Assembly (NCBI GenBank): GCA_044229975.1
Contig: JBGARZ010000006.1
Location: 1-64,000 of the forward strand
Origin: Polyangiales bacterium
GTDB taxonomy: Bacteria; Myxococcota_A; Polyangia; Polyangiales; Ga0077539
Direction: 5' to 3'
DNA length: 64,000 nucleotides
Shown here: positions 17,714-27,672 of the stretch, one piece after another
Layout of the letters: the number at the start of each line of letters is the position of its first letter
Position numbering within the stretch: the first letter of the stretch is position 1
The notes under the pieces: generated by a model
What the model was told of the DNA's origin: nothing
Database searches by the model: none
The model's input: the letters and a program-made list of their open reading frames with translations, nothing else
Translations under genes and position numbers: made by a program

Positions 17714-18445
17714 TCAACGAGTCCACTTGTCGAGATACTGGGGCAACATCTCACGCCAGGTGACCCAGTCGTGGTGCCAGTCGGGGCCCCACGAGTCGAC
17801 GTGGTTGGGAATCCCCTGCGCGCCCAGCACACTGGCGAGACCCCAGCTCTCGCCGAGGTTTTCCCACTTCCCCTCCCCCGTCGCGATCTCCAGGAAGCGC
17901 GTCCGCAGTATCTCCAGGTGCCTACCCGACAACCGCGGAACCATGTACAGCGGCGACACCAGCTTGAAGGCCTCGGTCGGCGTGTCGACCTCGATGAAGC
18001 GCATCAGGTTGTAGGTTCCGCTCATGGACAAAGAGCGGTGAAACACGTCGGGCGATCGGCACACCGCGGCCGCGGCGTGGAAGGCCCCGATGGACGCGCC
18101 GGTGGTCCAGATGGGGATGTCGTCGGTGCGACAGTCGGTGTAGATCGCGGGCACCACCTCGTGGCGAATCCACTCGTGATACTGGTGCTGCATCCGCATC
18201 CGGTGCTCGGGTGATCCCTCTTTGTTGAACCACACGCGACCCGCGACGCTGTCGGGCGAGTAGATCTTGATGCGGCCCGCGTCGAGCAGCGGCTGCAGCG
18301 CGCGGATCATCAGGAAGCGCTCGATCTCCTCGGCGTCGCCGCCCGCCGTCGGGAAGACGAGCACGGGCTGACCGACGGTTCCCCAGCGGGCGAGCGTCGC
18401 CTCGCAGCCGATGCGCGGCGAATACCAGCGGGACTTTACGAACAT
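17714..18445 (-). CDS. Putative esterase (alpha/beta hydrolase)
   Basis: GASIGA nucleophile motif, HDWVTW. Confidence 0.88.
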   Translation of the reverse strand: MFVKSRWYSPRIGCEATLARWGTVGQPVLVFPTAGGDAEEIERFLMIRALQPLLDAGRIKIYSPDSVAGRVWFNKEGSPEHRMRMQHQYHEWIRHEVVPAIYTDCRTDDIPIWTTGASIGAFHAAAAVCRSPDVFHRSLSMSGTYNLMRFIEVDTPTEAFKLVSPLYMVPRLSGRHLEILRTRFLEIATGEGKWENLGESWGLASVLGAQGIPNHVDSWGPDWHHDWVTWREMLPQYLDKWTR

Positions 18446-18494
18446 GGGACTTCCTTGCGCGGCTGAGATGCAGTCCGCGGCGCGTCGCTGGCGT

Positions 18495-19730
18495 TCACGG
18501 ACACCCCTGCGCCCGCCACTGCTGGATGCGCTGCCAGAACAGCTCCGTGAAGCGCTCGATCTCGTGCGCCGGGAAGAGCGCCGTCACCTTCTGCCGCACG
18601 GCGTCCTTCGCCTCCGGCGTCGTGAAGAACTCCGACGCCACCTCATCGAGGTGCCCCAGGTGCTTCGCGCAGAACTCCTCGAAGCGCGCCGTCTCCAGCC
18701 GCTCGTCCGCGATCGCCGCGTAGCGATCGAGCTTCTCTTCATACGAGAGGTCCATCGCCGCGACCTTGTAGAAGGGCTCCCAGTCCAGCGTGCGCGGCAT
18801 CTTCCGCTTGGTCGCCGCGCAGAAGATGGTCCACCGCAGGTACGCCTTCACCAGCCACGGGAAGTGGAAGTGCAATGACGTCACCTGCGAGTCGGGACAC
18901 GGGTTCGCGAAGTCGATGGGGTGCCACACGCTGCCCTTCCGCAGCGACTCACACGAGTTGAACTCCCACCCGAAGAACGCGTTGATGGTCAGCGTCACCT
19001 TGCGCAGATGCTCGGAGTCTTCTTTCGACAAGAAGTCCGTCTGCATGGTGTAGCGGTCGTGCAGCGGGGCCGACGGGTCGTACAGCACGTTGCGCGTCTG
19101 CGGCCCGAAGCCGACGGTGCGAACGAAGCGGTCGAAGCCCTCCACCGACGCCTGCGCGTGCATCACCGAGATGTCGCTGTCTTCGTACGCCTTCCACGCG
19201 GACTTCGCGTCGGTCACGCGCGTGACGGCTCTCCAACCGCCGCCGTCGTAGGGCTTCAGGAAGAAGGGCCAGCCGATGGTGTCGCCGATCTTCCCGAGGT
19301 CGAAGAGCCTGGCGTAGCGCTGTAGCGTGGGCTTCACGTCCGGCGACGGGGTGTAGCCCTTCGGCGGGATCATCCACGTCTCGGGGATGGGCATCCCGAG
19401 CTTCATCATCGCGCAGTAGCTGGTGTGCTTCTCGTTGGCCTGGATGCTCCACGGGTTGTTGAACACGTAGAGGTCATCCATCAGGATGCCCTTCTTGATC
19501 CACTCGCGGCTGGTGTGAAACCAGTGCGTGAGCCGGTCGACGACCACGTCGTATTTCACCGGCTGTTGCAGGTTGAAGGGCTCGATGGTCACGCGCTCGA
19601 CGGCGAAGCGCAGCGTGTCGCCCTCGTGGGGGATGCGCAGGTCGAGGCGCTTCATCATGTGCTCGAAGCACAGCGGCCAGCAGAGGTCTGCGCCGAGGGA
19701 GAGCCCGATGTTTCTCGTCACTTCAGCCAT
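18495..19730 (-). CDS. ATP-grasp (RimK/GshB-like) ligase
   Basis: LKPYDGGGW, IDFANPCPD. Confidence 0.85.
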   Translation of the reverse strand: MAEVTRNIGLSLGADLCWPLCFEHMMKRLDLRIPHEGDTLRFAVERVTIEPFNLQQPVKYDVVVDRLTHWFHTSREWIKKGILMDDLYVFNNPWSIQANEKHTSYCAMMKLGMPIPETWMIPPKGYTPSPDVKPTLQRYARLFDLGKIGDTIGWPFFLKPYDGGGWRAVTRVTDAKSAWKAYEDSDISVMHAQASVEGFDRFVRTVGFGPQTRNVLYDPSAPLHDRYTMQTDFLSKEDSEHLRKVTLTINAFFGWEFNSCESLRKGSVWHPIDFANPCPDSQVTSLHFHFPWLVKAYLRWTIFCAATKRKMPRTLDWEPFYKVAAMDLSYEEKLDRYAAIADERLETARFEEFCAKHLGHLDEVASEFFTTPEAKDAVRQKVTALFPAHEIERFTELFWQRIQQWRAQGCP

Positions 19731-19746
19731 CGAAGGAATTCCCCTC

Positions 19747-20889
19747 TCACTCGTAGATGAACATCAGCGGCCCCGGCATCAGCCAGGAGAGGCCTTCGCG
19801 CAGCCGGTCGCGCCAGTTTTCCCAGTTGTGGCCGTCGCGCGACTCGACGAAGCGCACCTCCATCCCCGTGGCGGAGAGCAGCGGCACCATCGACCGGTTT
19901 TCATAGATGAGCGACTCGTACACGCCGCAGCTCACGAACACCCGCTCGCTCACCGTCTTCGGCTGCGCCCGGTACTGGTTGACGAACTCCACCACCCCAT
20001 CGAACAACGGCCCGCGCTTGTTGCGCTTGCCGATATCGGTAAACGCAAACGACCCCGATTGCAGCAGCAGCCGGCCCCAGAAGCCCGGGTAGCGGTACGC
20101 CGTCGAGAAGGCCGCGACGGCGCCGAAGCTCGCGCCCATGAGGCAACGCGCCTGCGGGCGGTCGTAGAGGGGGAAGTGCTTCGCGAGGTGGGGGACGAGG
20201 TCTTCGGTGAGGTAGCGCGCGTGGCGCTCGTTGTTGGCGTATTCCTTCAAGCGATCGGGCGAGTCGGTAAACGCGACGATGACGTCGGGGATTTCCAGCC
20301 GATGGATGAGGTTGTCGAGGATGGTCTTCATCCCCGTGTAGCGCTGGTAGTCGCTGCCGTCGTGCACCACGAGCAGCGGGTACTGCCGCGAGCGGCGGAA
20401 GCGCGCCGGCAGGTAGAGGTGCCCGGTGCGGCGGCCGATGGCGTCGCTGTCGAAGGTGAAGGGCTCGATGAGACCTTCGCGCGAGAGCGGGTCGCGGTTG
20501 GTCCAGGTGGGGTCTTCGTAGCCTTCGCCCTGGAGGACGGAGTTGGCGCCGAAGGGGTCGCGGGCGCGGTTGGGGTTGAGCGGGTCTTCGATCCACGCGC
20601 TGTGGCCGCCGCGGTGGATCTCGAACTTGTACTCGACCCGCGATTTCGCGGGCACCTCCATGATGAGGTACCAGAGGTCGGTCTTCGGGATGTGCGTGAG
20701 GGGGTTGGCCGACTCCAGGCCGAAGATCCAGTGGCGGAGATTCACCGCGTCGGCGACGCCCTGCCAGACGAAGGTCACCGACGGACCCTCCACGATGGGG
20801 CACTGCCGCCCGCGCAGAAACGCCTGCACCTTCCCCTGGTCGGGGCGCGCGTCCAGAAACCTCTCGATGGCCAGCTTGGTCGCGCTCAC
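19747..20889 (-). CDS. Enterochelin-esterase-like alpha/beta hydrolase with N-terminal Ig/CBM-like domain
   Basis: DPLNP, YLP...YPLLVVHDG, GASFGA, GHNWENW; GTGA overlap with upstream gene. Confidence 0.88.
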   Translation of the reverse strand: MSATKLAIERFLDARPDQGKVQAFLRGRQCPIVEGPSVTFVWQGVADAVNLRHWIFGLESANPLTHIPKTDLWYLIMEVPAKSRVEYKFEIHRGGHSAWIEDPLNPNRARDPFGANSVLQGEGYEDPTWTNRDPLSREGLIEPFTFDSDAIGRRTGHLYLPARFRRSRQYPLLVVHDGSDYQRYTGMKTILDNLIHRLEIPDVIVAFTDSPDRLKEYANNERHARYLTEDLVPHLAKHFPLYDRPQARCLMGASFGAVAAFSTAYRYPGFWGRLLLQSGSFAFTDIGKRNKRGPLFDGVVEFVNQYRAQPKTVSERVFVSCGVYESLIYENRSMVPLLSATGMEVRFVESRDGHNWENWRDRLREGLSWLMPGPLMFIYE

Positions 20890-21845
20890 GCCGACGCCCT
20901 CCGCCGCGCCGCGAACGGCACCGTCTTGCCCGTCGCCCGGAGCTGCAACACCCCCTGCGCCGACGAGAACACCCCGTCGCGCCACGTCACCCGCGACCGC
21001 GCCGGGAGCGCGAGGCACACCGCCGGATCGAAGCGTCGCACGAGTCGTTGCACGCGATCTTTCTCGTCGAGGTGGAGCCGCCGCTCGGGCTCCGGAAACA
21101 CCACCACGCCGCGCACGAGGCCGAGGCCCGCGTCGAGCACCTCGCTGGCGCCGGGGCCCTGCGGCGGGGCGTCGTGGAAGAGCACCACGCGCTCGCTGAT
21201 GGCCATGGCGCCGGCCGACCAGGCGAAGACCGTGTGGTTCTGGATGAGGTCGGCGATGCCGAAGAGCACGAGGCGGTTGACCAGCGTCGCGACGTGGCCG
21301 CCCGCGATGGCGACGGCGTCGCAGCCCGCGAGGATGTCGGCGAGCTCGCGCCGGTGGCGGGCGATGGACGGGCGGTTGAGGACGTCCCACCGCGACTCGA
21401 ACTCCGTGCGGATGCGCGCGCAGAGCTTGAGGTGCCACACGTCGAGCTCGCGGATGGCGTCGAGCGACGCCTGCATCTGCTCTTCGAGGATCTCCGGCGG
21501 CGCGGCGCGCTGACGGATGACGCGGTCGGCTTCGAGCTCGTGCTCCAGCCGGATGCGGTAGAAATCCTGGCGGTGACGGAGCGAGCCCTGGCGGTCGCGG
21601 TGGGCGTCGCGCAGCTCGGCGTCTTCGCGAAACACCTCCTCGCCGCGCTGGTGCAAGCGCAGGTTGACGACGCGGCCGTCGAGGTGGGCGGAGAGCTCGT
21701 CGTCTTCGGACTCACGCTCCTGCCAGCCGGCGGTGATGATGGCGATGCGGCCGGTGACTTCGAGCTCGGAGACGGCGGCGCCGAGGGAGGGGTCGAAGCG
21801 CTGGGCGCCGAGGAGCACGACGGCGGGACGCGAGGGTTTCGTCAC
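20886..21845 (-). CDS. Peptidase S51 / class I GATase-like protein
   Basis: IITAGWQERE, IAGGHV, WSAGAM, GLGLV. Confidence 0.78.
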   Translation of the reverse strand: MTKPSRPAVVLLGAQRFDPSLGAAVSELEVTGRIAIITAGWQERESEDDELSAHLDGRVVNLRLHQRGEEVFREDAELRDAHRDRQGSLRHRQDFYRIRLEHELEADRVIRQRAAPPEILEEQMQASLDAIRELDVWHLKLCARIRTEFESRWDVLNRPSIARHRRELADILAGCDAVAIAGGHVATLVNRLVLFGIADLIQNHTVFAWSAGAMAISERVVLFHDAPPQGPGASEVLDAGLGLVRGVVVFPEPERRLHLDEKDRVQRLVRRFDPAVCLALPARSRVTWRDGVFSSAQGVLQLRATGKTVPFAARRRASA

Positions 21846-22023
21846 AGCGGGCGCGCGGACCGTATCAGAGCCCGCGGCGGGTCGTCAGTATCAACAGCAT
21901 GTGGGAAGCAAGCCGAGGGGCCGTCTTGACACCCCACGCGAGCCCATGAAACCCGCGCCCTCCCGCTTCGCGGGGTCGACGAACCGCCCGCGCCAGCTAT
22001 GTTGCCCGCCCCGGAATGTCGTC

Positions 22024-23742
22024 ATGCGCGTTCGCTACCCACGTACCCATCACCTGCCCTGGTCGCCTGGCGCGACCTCGGACGACGTGCGCGCGGCGAA
22101 CCTCTCGGGGCTCGAAGGGGTCGAGGTCGTCGTCACCGAGAAGCTCGACGGCGAGAACACCACGCTCTACCGCGACGGCCTGCACGCCCGCTCGCTAGAC
22201 TCCGCGCACCACCCGTCGCGCACATGGGTCAAGGCGCTGCACGCGCGCGTCGCGGCGCGCATCCCCGAGGGCTACCGCATCTCCGGCGAGAACGTCTTCG
22301 CGCGGCACTCGATCGCCTACGACGCCCTGGAGGGCTTCTTCTACGCCTTCTCGGTGTGGGACGCGGACGACCGCTGCCTGGACTGGGACGCCACCGAGCG
22401 CTTCGCCCGCGACCTCGGCATCCCGACGCCGCCGGTGCTCTGGCGCGGCCGCCTGGACGAGCGCGCGCTGCGTGGGCTCAAGCTCGACCTCGCGCGCCAG
22501 GAGGGCTACGTGGTGCGCGCCGTGGCGGGCTTCTCGCGCGAGGAGTTTCCGCGGCGCGTCGCGAAGTGGGTGCGCAAGAACCACGTGCAGACCGACGAGC
22601 ACTGGATGCTCGCGCCTGTGGTTCCCAACGCGCTCGGCCCGCGCTCGTGCCTGTGGGACGTGCGCGCGGGGTCGACCCCGGACGTAGCCGCGCTCGGGCG
22701 CGTGCTGGATCTGGGCGACGGTCCTTCCGCTGAAGCCGCCGCGCTCGACGCCGCGACCCGCCTCGCGGGCGCTGGGCGCTCGGGCGACGCGCTGCTCACG
22801 GGCGTGCTCGCGGCGCTGCTCCACGGCCGTGCGCGCGCCGAGCTGATGACGGAGCTACCCGCGGTGCTCGGCGTCCCGTTGGCGCGCCGCGTGGGCGACC
22901 TGGTGGGGTTGCACGGTCGGCTGCTGCACGCGTTTCCTGACGAGCGTCGCGGTCGCGGTCTGCGCGAGATGGCCCGCGCCGTCGACGTGGGCGTCCTGCA
23001 CGCGGTCGCCGCGGCGACGCTCGTGGGCCGTGATGACTCCGACGCGGACGATTGCCGCGAGCAGGTCGCGTTGAGTGAGCTGTTCGCCGCGGACGAGGGC
23101 GTGCTCGACGGCGATCCCCTCGCGCTCATCCGCGAGGCGCTGCGCGAGGCGCTACCGGGCGACGACCCGGGGGTGTTCGACCGCTGCGCCGGCGAGGCGG
23201 CCGACGCGTGGGTCGATGGGCGCCTGAAGAGCCCCGAAGAAGCGATCGCGGCGACGTGGCGCCACCGCGACGGGCGCTTTCCGCGGCTGGTCGTCAGCGT
23301 GGGCCCGTCGGGTAGCGGCAAGAGCCGGTACGCCGAGCGCCACGCCGACGGCGCGACGGTGGTCTCCCTCGACGCGCTGCGCGCGGCGCGTGGTGGTCGG
23401 GCCGACCAGTCGACCAACGCCGAGGTGCTGGCCGAGGCGCTCGATCGCCTTGAGCGCCGACTCGCCGCGGGCGAGCGCGTCGTGTGGGACGCCACTTCGC
23501 TCACGGCCCAGCAGCGCGGTCTCCCGCTCGGGATCGCGCGCCGACGCGACGCGCTCGTGACCCTGGCGGTGCTGCTCGTGCCGGCGGCCGAGCTCCGCGC
23601 GCGCAACGCCCGCCGCGAACACGCCGTGCCCGACGAGGTGCTCGCACACCAGCTCGCGCGCTTCGCGCCCCCGTACCCGGGCGACGCCCACCGCGTCGAC
23701 TACCACGACGCCACCGGCGCGCTCGCCGACAGCGCGCGCTGA
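22024..23742 (+). CDS. ATP-dependent RNA ligase fused to degenerate HD region and P-loop (PNK-like) kinase
   Basis: YPRTHHLPWS, TEKLDGEN, EGYVVR, AKWVR; GPSGSGKS, WDATS. Confidence 0.9.
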   Translation: MRVRYPRTHHLPWSPGATSDDVRAANLSGLEGVEVVVTEKLDGENTTLYRDGLHARSLDSAHHPSRTWVKALHARVAARIPEGYRISGENVFARHSIAYDALEGFFYAFSVWDADDRCLDWDATERFARDLGIPTPPVLWRGRLDERALRGLKLDLARQEGYVVRAVAGFSREEFPRRVAKWVRKNHVQTDEHWMLAPVVPNALGPRSCLWDVRAGSTPDVAALGRVLDLGDGPSAEAAALDAATRLAGAGRSGDALLTGVLAALLHGRARAELMTELPAVLGVPLARRVGDLVGLHGRLLHAFPDERRGRGLREMARAVDVGVLHAVAAATLVGRDDSDADDCREQVALSELFAADEGVLDGDPLALIREALREALPGDDPGVFDRCAGEAADAWVDGRLKSPEEAIAATWRHRDGRFPRLVVSVGPSGSGKSRYAERHADGATVVSLDALRAARGGRADQSTNAEVLAEALDRLERRLAAGERVVWDATSLTAQQRGLPLGIARRRDALVTLAVLLVPAAELRARNARREHAVPDEVLAHQLARFAPPYPGDAHRVDYHDATGALADSAR

Positions 23743-23775
23743 CCCGAACCGACACCCGAGAGACGCGGACGAGCC

Positions 23776-26628
23776 ATGCGCACGAGCGAAGAGATCTACA
23801 ACCGCATCCGGTGGGACGCGCGCCTCGACCCGACACGCTTCGTCGTCGGGATCGACATGCACCGGCACGAGCCCAAGCGCGTCGCGCTCGCGGCCTTCGT
23901 TCCCGGCGGCGACGTGCCCTGGCACCGGGTGCTCTTCTTCGAGGCCGACGGCGAGGTCGTGTGGGACCGCCGCGCGGGCATCGACCGCCTCGACCAGTCG
24001 TCGGCCGGGCGCGTGCGTGTGCCGCAGCGTCTGCGCCCGCCCTTCTTCGCACCACGCACAGCCCTGCGCTGGGACCCATCGCGCGCAGCCTGGACGCCCT
24101 CGCAACCGATCCCCCCGGAGTTCGCGCCCGAGGCGGCCGCCCCGCTGCGCGTGCTCACCTGGAACACCCTCTGGGACCGCTACGACGCCGACCGGATCCA
24201 CACGGCGAAGCGCCGTCCGCGGCTCATCGACGCGCTCGCCGCGAGCGACGCCGACGTGATCGCGCTGCAGGAGGTCGAGCGCCCGCTGCTCCGCGCGCTG
24301 CTGGAGAGCGCGTGGGTGCGCGCGGGCTACGCGTCGAGTGACGGGCCCGGCGGCGACGAGGTCGAGCGCCACGGCGTGCTGCTGCTCTGCCGTCCGCCTG
24401 TGCTGGAAGCCGCGACGCACGCCTTTGCGCCGTACAAGGCCGCCGTCGCCCTGACCCTCGCGCTGCCCGACCGCGCCCTGGTCGTGGTGGCGGTGCACCT
24501 GACCAGCGACCACTCGGACGCGCGACGCCGCGACGTCGAGCTCGACGCGCTCCGCGGCGGGATCTCGCCCGTCGACGGCGACCTGATCGTGCTCGGCGAT
24601 TTCAACGACGGCGGCCCGACGCCCGGCGCGCGGCTCGGCCTGCTCGACGCGTGGACGGAGGTGCGCGGCGCCGACGACGAGACGCCGACCTTCGACCCGA
24701 CGGCCAACCCCATCGCCGCGGTCTCGTCGTTGAGCGGTCGGGCGTCGCGGCTCGACCGGGTGTTTGTGCGCGGCACCGACCTGCGCCCCGCGGAGGTCAC
24801 GCTGCTCGGGACCGAAGCCTTCGAGCCGGGGGTGTACCTCTCGGACCACTACGGCGTGCAGGTCGCGCTCGCGCCCGAACGCTCACGCACGGCCGACGAG
24901 GACACGCTGGACCTCCCGCCGACCGCGCGCACGGCCCTCGCGTTCGTGCCGCCGGCGTCCGTGTGGCCTGCGGTGCAGGCGCTGCGCTCGGACCACGACC
25001 CGTCGTTCGACCGCTGGCCGCCGCACGTCAATGTGCTGTTCGGGTTCGTGCCCGAGTCCGCGCTCGACGCCGCGCTGCCGCTCGTCGCGGCCGCCGCACG
25101 CGAGACGGGTGCGTTTCGCGCGGTGCTCGCCGGTGCGCGGGCGTTTGAGCACGAGCGCGACGCGACGGTGTGGATCGACCCGGCGGCGGACGACGCCCGT
25201 CCGTGGGCGCGCCTGCGCGAGGCCCTCGCGCGACGCTTCCCGAAGTGCTCGGGCCGCGCCGAAGGCTACACACCGCACCTCACGCTGGGCCGCACGACGG
25301 ACCCAGCGCGGGTGCTCGCGACGTGGGCGGCGCGCGTCGGGCGCCACGCGGTCGAGGTCGACGAGCTCGTGGTGCTCACGCGGCGCGGCGACGGCCCGAT
25401 GGAGCCGCGCGCGTACGTGTCTCTCGGGACAGGCGTCGTGCGCGTGCCGGAGCGCGAGGAGGCAAACGCGCAGACGGTGGCGGGCGTTGTCGCCGGGGCG
25501 CGCGTGGAGGCGGCGGAGTCGGTCGCGCAGCGCGTCGCCCGCGCGCTGCCCGAGGGCGTGGTGCACGTGACGGGGTCGCGGCGCATCGGGTGCGCGCTGC
25601 CCGACGCGGACCTGGACCTCGTCGCAGCGCTGCCGGGTCCCATCGACCTTGAGCGCGTTGAAGCACGGATTCGCGAGGCGTTTCCCGCGGTCGAGGGGTT
25701 GCGCCGCGTGCACGCCGTGCGTGTGCCCGGGATCGAGTTTCGCGCGCTCGGCATCGACGTCGACCTGGCGATCGTGGACGCGGGGAGCGTCGCGCCCGGT
25801 GAGGCGGTCGCGCGACGCGCGGAGCTGGGCGGTCCCTCGGCCGTGGCCCTCAGCGCGGTGAGCGACGCGGACGCCGTGGGGGAGGCAGTGGGCGCGCGGC
25901 ACGCGGCCTTCGTCGCGCTCGCGCGGGTGGTGAAGGCATGGGCGCGCGCGAAGGGGCTCGACGCAGCGCCCTTCGGGGGCATCCCGGGCATCGCGTGGCT
26001 GGTGCTCTGCGCGCGGACCGTGGACGCGGGGCTCGACCTCCCCGCGCAGCTCGAGCGCTTCTATGGCGCCTGGGCTTCGTGGGATTGGCGCGTGGCGGTC
26101 TCGCTCGACGGAGCGGACGTCGCGTTCGGCACCGCGGACGACCCGCTGCGGGTCGCGACGCCGACGGAGCCCGTGCGGTCGTGCACGGCCACGGTCTCGC
26201 GCGCCGGCGTCGCAACGATCGCGGAGGAACTCTACGCGGCGTGGGAGGCCGTCGCGGCGGCGCGCGCGCGGGGTGGTGATCCCGTGGCCGCGCTGCTCGC
26301 GCCGCCAGAGCTGCACCGGCAGCACGCGGCGTGGGCCGTGGTCACGGTCGAGGGCGACGACCCGGACGAACTGGCGGCGGGCGTGGGCGCCGTGCGCGGC
26401 AAGGTCCGCGCGCTGCTCGCGCTGCTGGAGGCTACGGGTGTGGCCGACGCGCGGGCCTTCCCGCGGCCCTTCGAGGCGACGCGCGGGCGCAAGCGCTGGG
26501 CGATCGGGCTCGGCGCGCGGCCTCCCGCCGCGGACGACCTCGCGAAGATCGCCGCGCGGTGGGACCCCGGAGTTGCGCGGGTCTCGGTCGCCTGGGCCGA
26601 GGGCGGAGCGGTGCCGACGCTGCGGTGA
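23776..26628 (+). CDS. Multidomain RNA-repair protein: MJ1316/DUF504 + EEP + 2H phosphoesterase + poly(A)-polymerase-like nucleotidyltransferase
   Basis: IYNRIRWD...VPWHRV...VWDR; LTWN, LQEV, GDFN, SDH; PHVN and PHLT; GS...DADLD. Confidence 0.9.
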   Translation: MRTSEEIYNRIRWDARLDPTRFVVGIDMHRHEPKRVALAAFVPGGDVPWHRVLFFEADGEVVWDRRAGIDRLDQSSAGRVRVPQRLRPPFFAPRTALRWDPSRAAWTPSQPIPPEFAPEAAAPLRVLTWNTLWDRYDADRIHTAKRRPRLIDALAASDADVIALQEVERPLLRALLESAWVRAGYASSDGPGGDEVERHGVLLLCRPPVLEAATHAFAPYKAAVALTLALPDRALVVVAVHLTSDHSDARRRDVELDALRGGISPVDGDLIVLGDFNDGGPTPGARLGLLDAWTEVRGADDETPTFDPTANPIAAVSSLSGRASRLDRVFVRGTDLRPAEVTLLGTEAFEPGVYLSDHYGVQVALAPERSRTADEDTLDLPPTARTALAFVPPASVWPAVQALRSDHDPSFDRWPPHVNVLFGFVPESALDAALPLVAAAARETGAFRAVLAGARAFEHERDATVWIDPAADDARPWARLREALARRFPKCSGRAEGYTPHLTLGRTTDPARVLATWAARVGRHAVEVDELVVLTRRGDGPMEPRAYVSLGTGVVRVPEREEANAQTVAGVVAGARVEAAESVAQRVARALPEGVVHVTGSRRIGCALPDADLDLVAALPGPIDLERVEARIREAFPAVEGLRRVHAVRVPGIEFRALGIDVDLAIVDAGSVAPGEAVARRAELGGPSAVALSAVSDADAVGEAVGARHAAFVALARVVKAWARAKGLDAAPFGGIPGIAWLVLCARTVDAGLDLPAQLERFYGAWASWDWRVAVSLDGADVAFGTADDPLRVATPTEPVRSCTATVSRAGVATIAEELYAAWEAVAAARARGGDPVAALLAPPELHRQHAAWAVVTVEGDDPDELAAGVGAVRGKVRALLALLEATGVADARAFPRPFEATRGRKRWAIGLGARPPAADDLAKIAARWDPGVARVSVAWAEGGAVPTLR

Positions 26629-26695
26629 CGCGGAGTGTTGCCGCCCGGGCGTCCGAGCCGCTCACATGGCGTGAGTCGTAAACCATGGGTCTTGT

Positions 26696-27000
26696 TCAAG
26701 CGGTCGGTGATCTCGTCCGGCGGGCTCCGGAGTTCGCGTGCCCCCATGAGCCGGGGTGCAGTCGCTCACTCCGGGCTATTTCAGGTCGTCACCCCGCGCC
26801 GCGGGGTTGCAGCGAATTAGCTCGCTTTCACATCTACAATGGGTTCGTGGGGTGAGGGTGTGGCTGCGGAAACGACTCTGGTCCTGCAACCCCGCGGCGC
26901 GGGGTGACGACCTGAAATAGCCCGGAGTGAGCGACTGCACCCCGGCTCATGGGGGCACGCGAACTCCGGAGCCCGCCGGACGAGATCACCGGCCGCTTGA
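26696..27000. mobile_element. REPIN/MITE-like element: 117-bp inverted arms around a 71-bp spacer
   Basis: 26696-26812 is the reverse complement of 26884-27000 with one mismatch. Confidence 0.85.
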
Positions 27001-27066
27001 GTTAGGGGATGTCGGGGTAGAAGGGGCACAGGCGTCTTCAGGGGCCGACGCCGAACTTCAACCTCG

Positions 27067-27672
27067 TCAACCGCCCCCCAGCACCCGCACCCCGAAGTCC
27101 GCCAGCAGCGCCACCACCTTCGTCAGCGGCAACCCGATCACCGCCGTGAAGTCGTCCCCCCGCACCCTCTCGAAGAGCGCGATGCCCAGCGACTCCACCC
27201 GGTACGAGCCCGCGCAGTCCAACGGCGCGTCCCTCGCCACGTAGTCCGCGATCTCCTCGTCACTCAGCGCCCGCATCGTCAACGTGTGCGTGTCCACCAG
27301 CGTCTCGGTGCGACCGCTCGCCCGGTGGTGCACCGCCACGGCCGTGTGCAGCCGATGCTCACGGCCCGCCAGTCGCCGCAACTGCGCTTGCGCCCGCTCG
27401 GCCGTGTGCGGCTTGCCCAGCGCCTCGCCGTCCACCTCGCCCATCTGGTCGGACCCGATGATCACCGCGTCGGGGTACGCGCCCCCCAACGCCTCGGCCT
27501 TCCCGATGGCGAGCGACCGCGCCCGCTCTGCGATGGGCAGGTGCGAGAGCCCCTCCTTCGCCGCCTCTTCGTCGAAGGGCGACGCCATACACGTCACGGT
27601 AAGACCCAGCCGCCCGATGAGCTCGCGCCGGTAGCGCGACTCCGACCCCAGGATCACTGCCCGCGTCGTCAT
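27067..27672 (-). CDS. maf: Maf-family nucleotide pyrophosphatase
   Basis: ILGSESRYRREL, IGSDQ, LGKP, CAGSY, VIGLP. Confidence 0.93.
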   Translation of the reverse strand: MTTRAVILGSESRYRRELIGRLGLTVTCMASPFDEEAAKEGLSHLPIAERARSLAIGKAEALGGAYPDAVIIGSDQMGEVDGEALGKPHTAERAQAQLRRLAGREHRLHTAVAVHHRASGRTETLVDTHTLTMRALSDEEIADYVARDAPLDCAGSYRVESLGIALFERVRGDDFTAVIGLPLTKVVALLADFGVRVLGGG

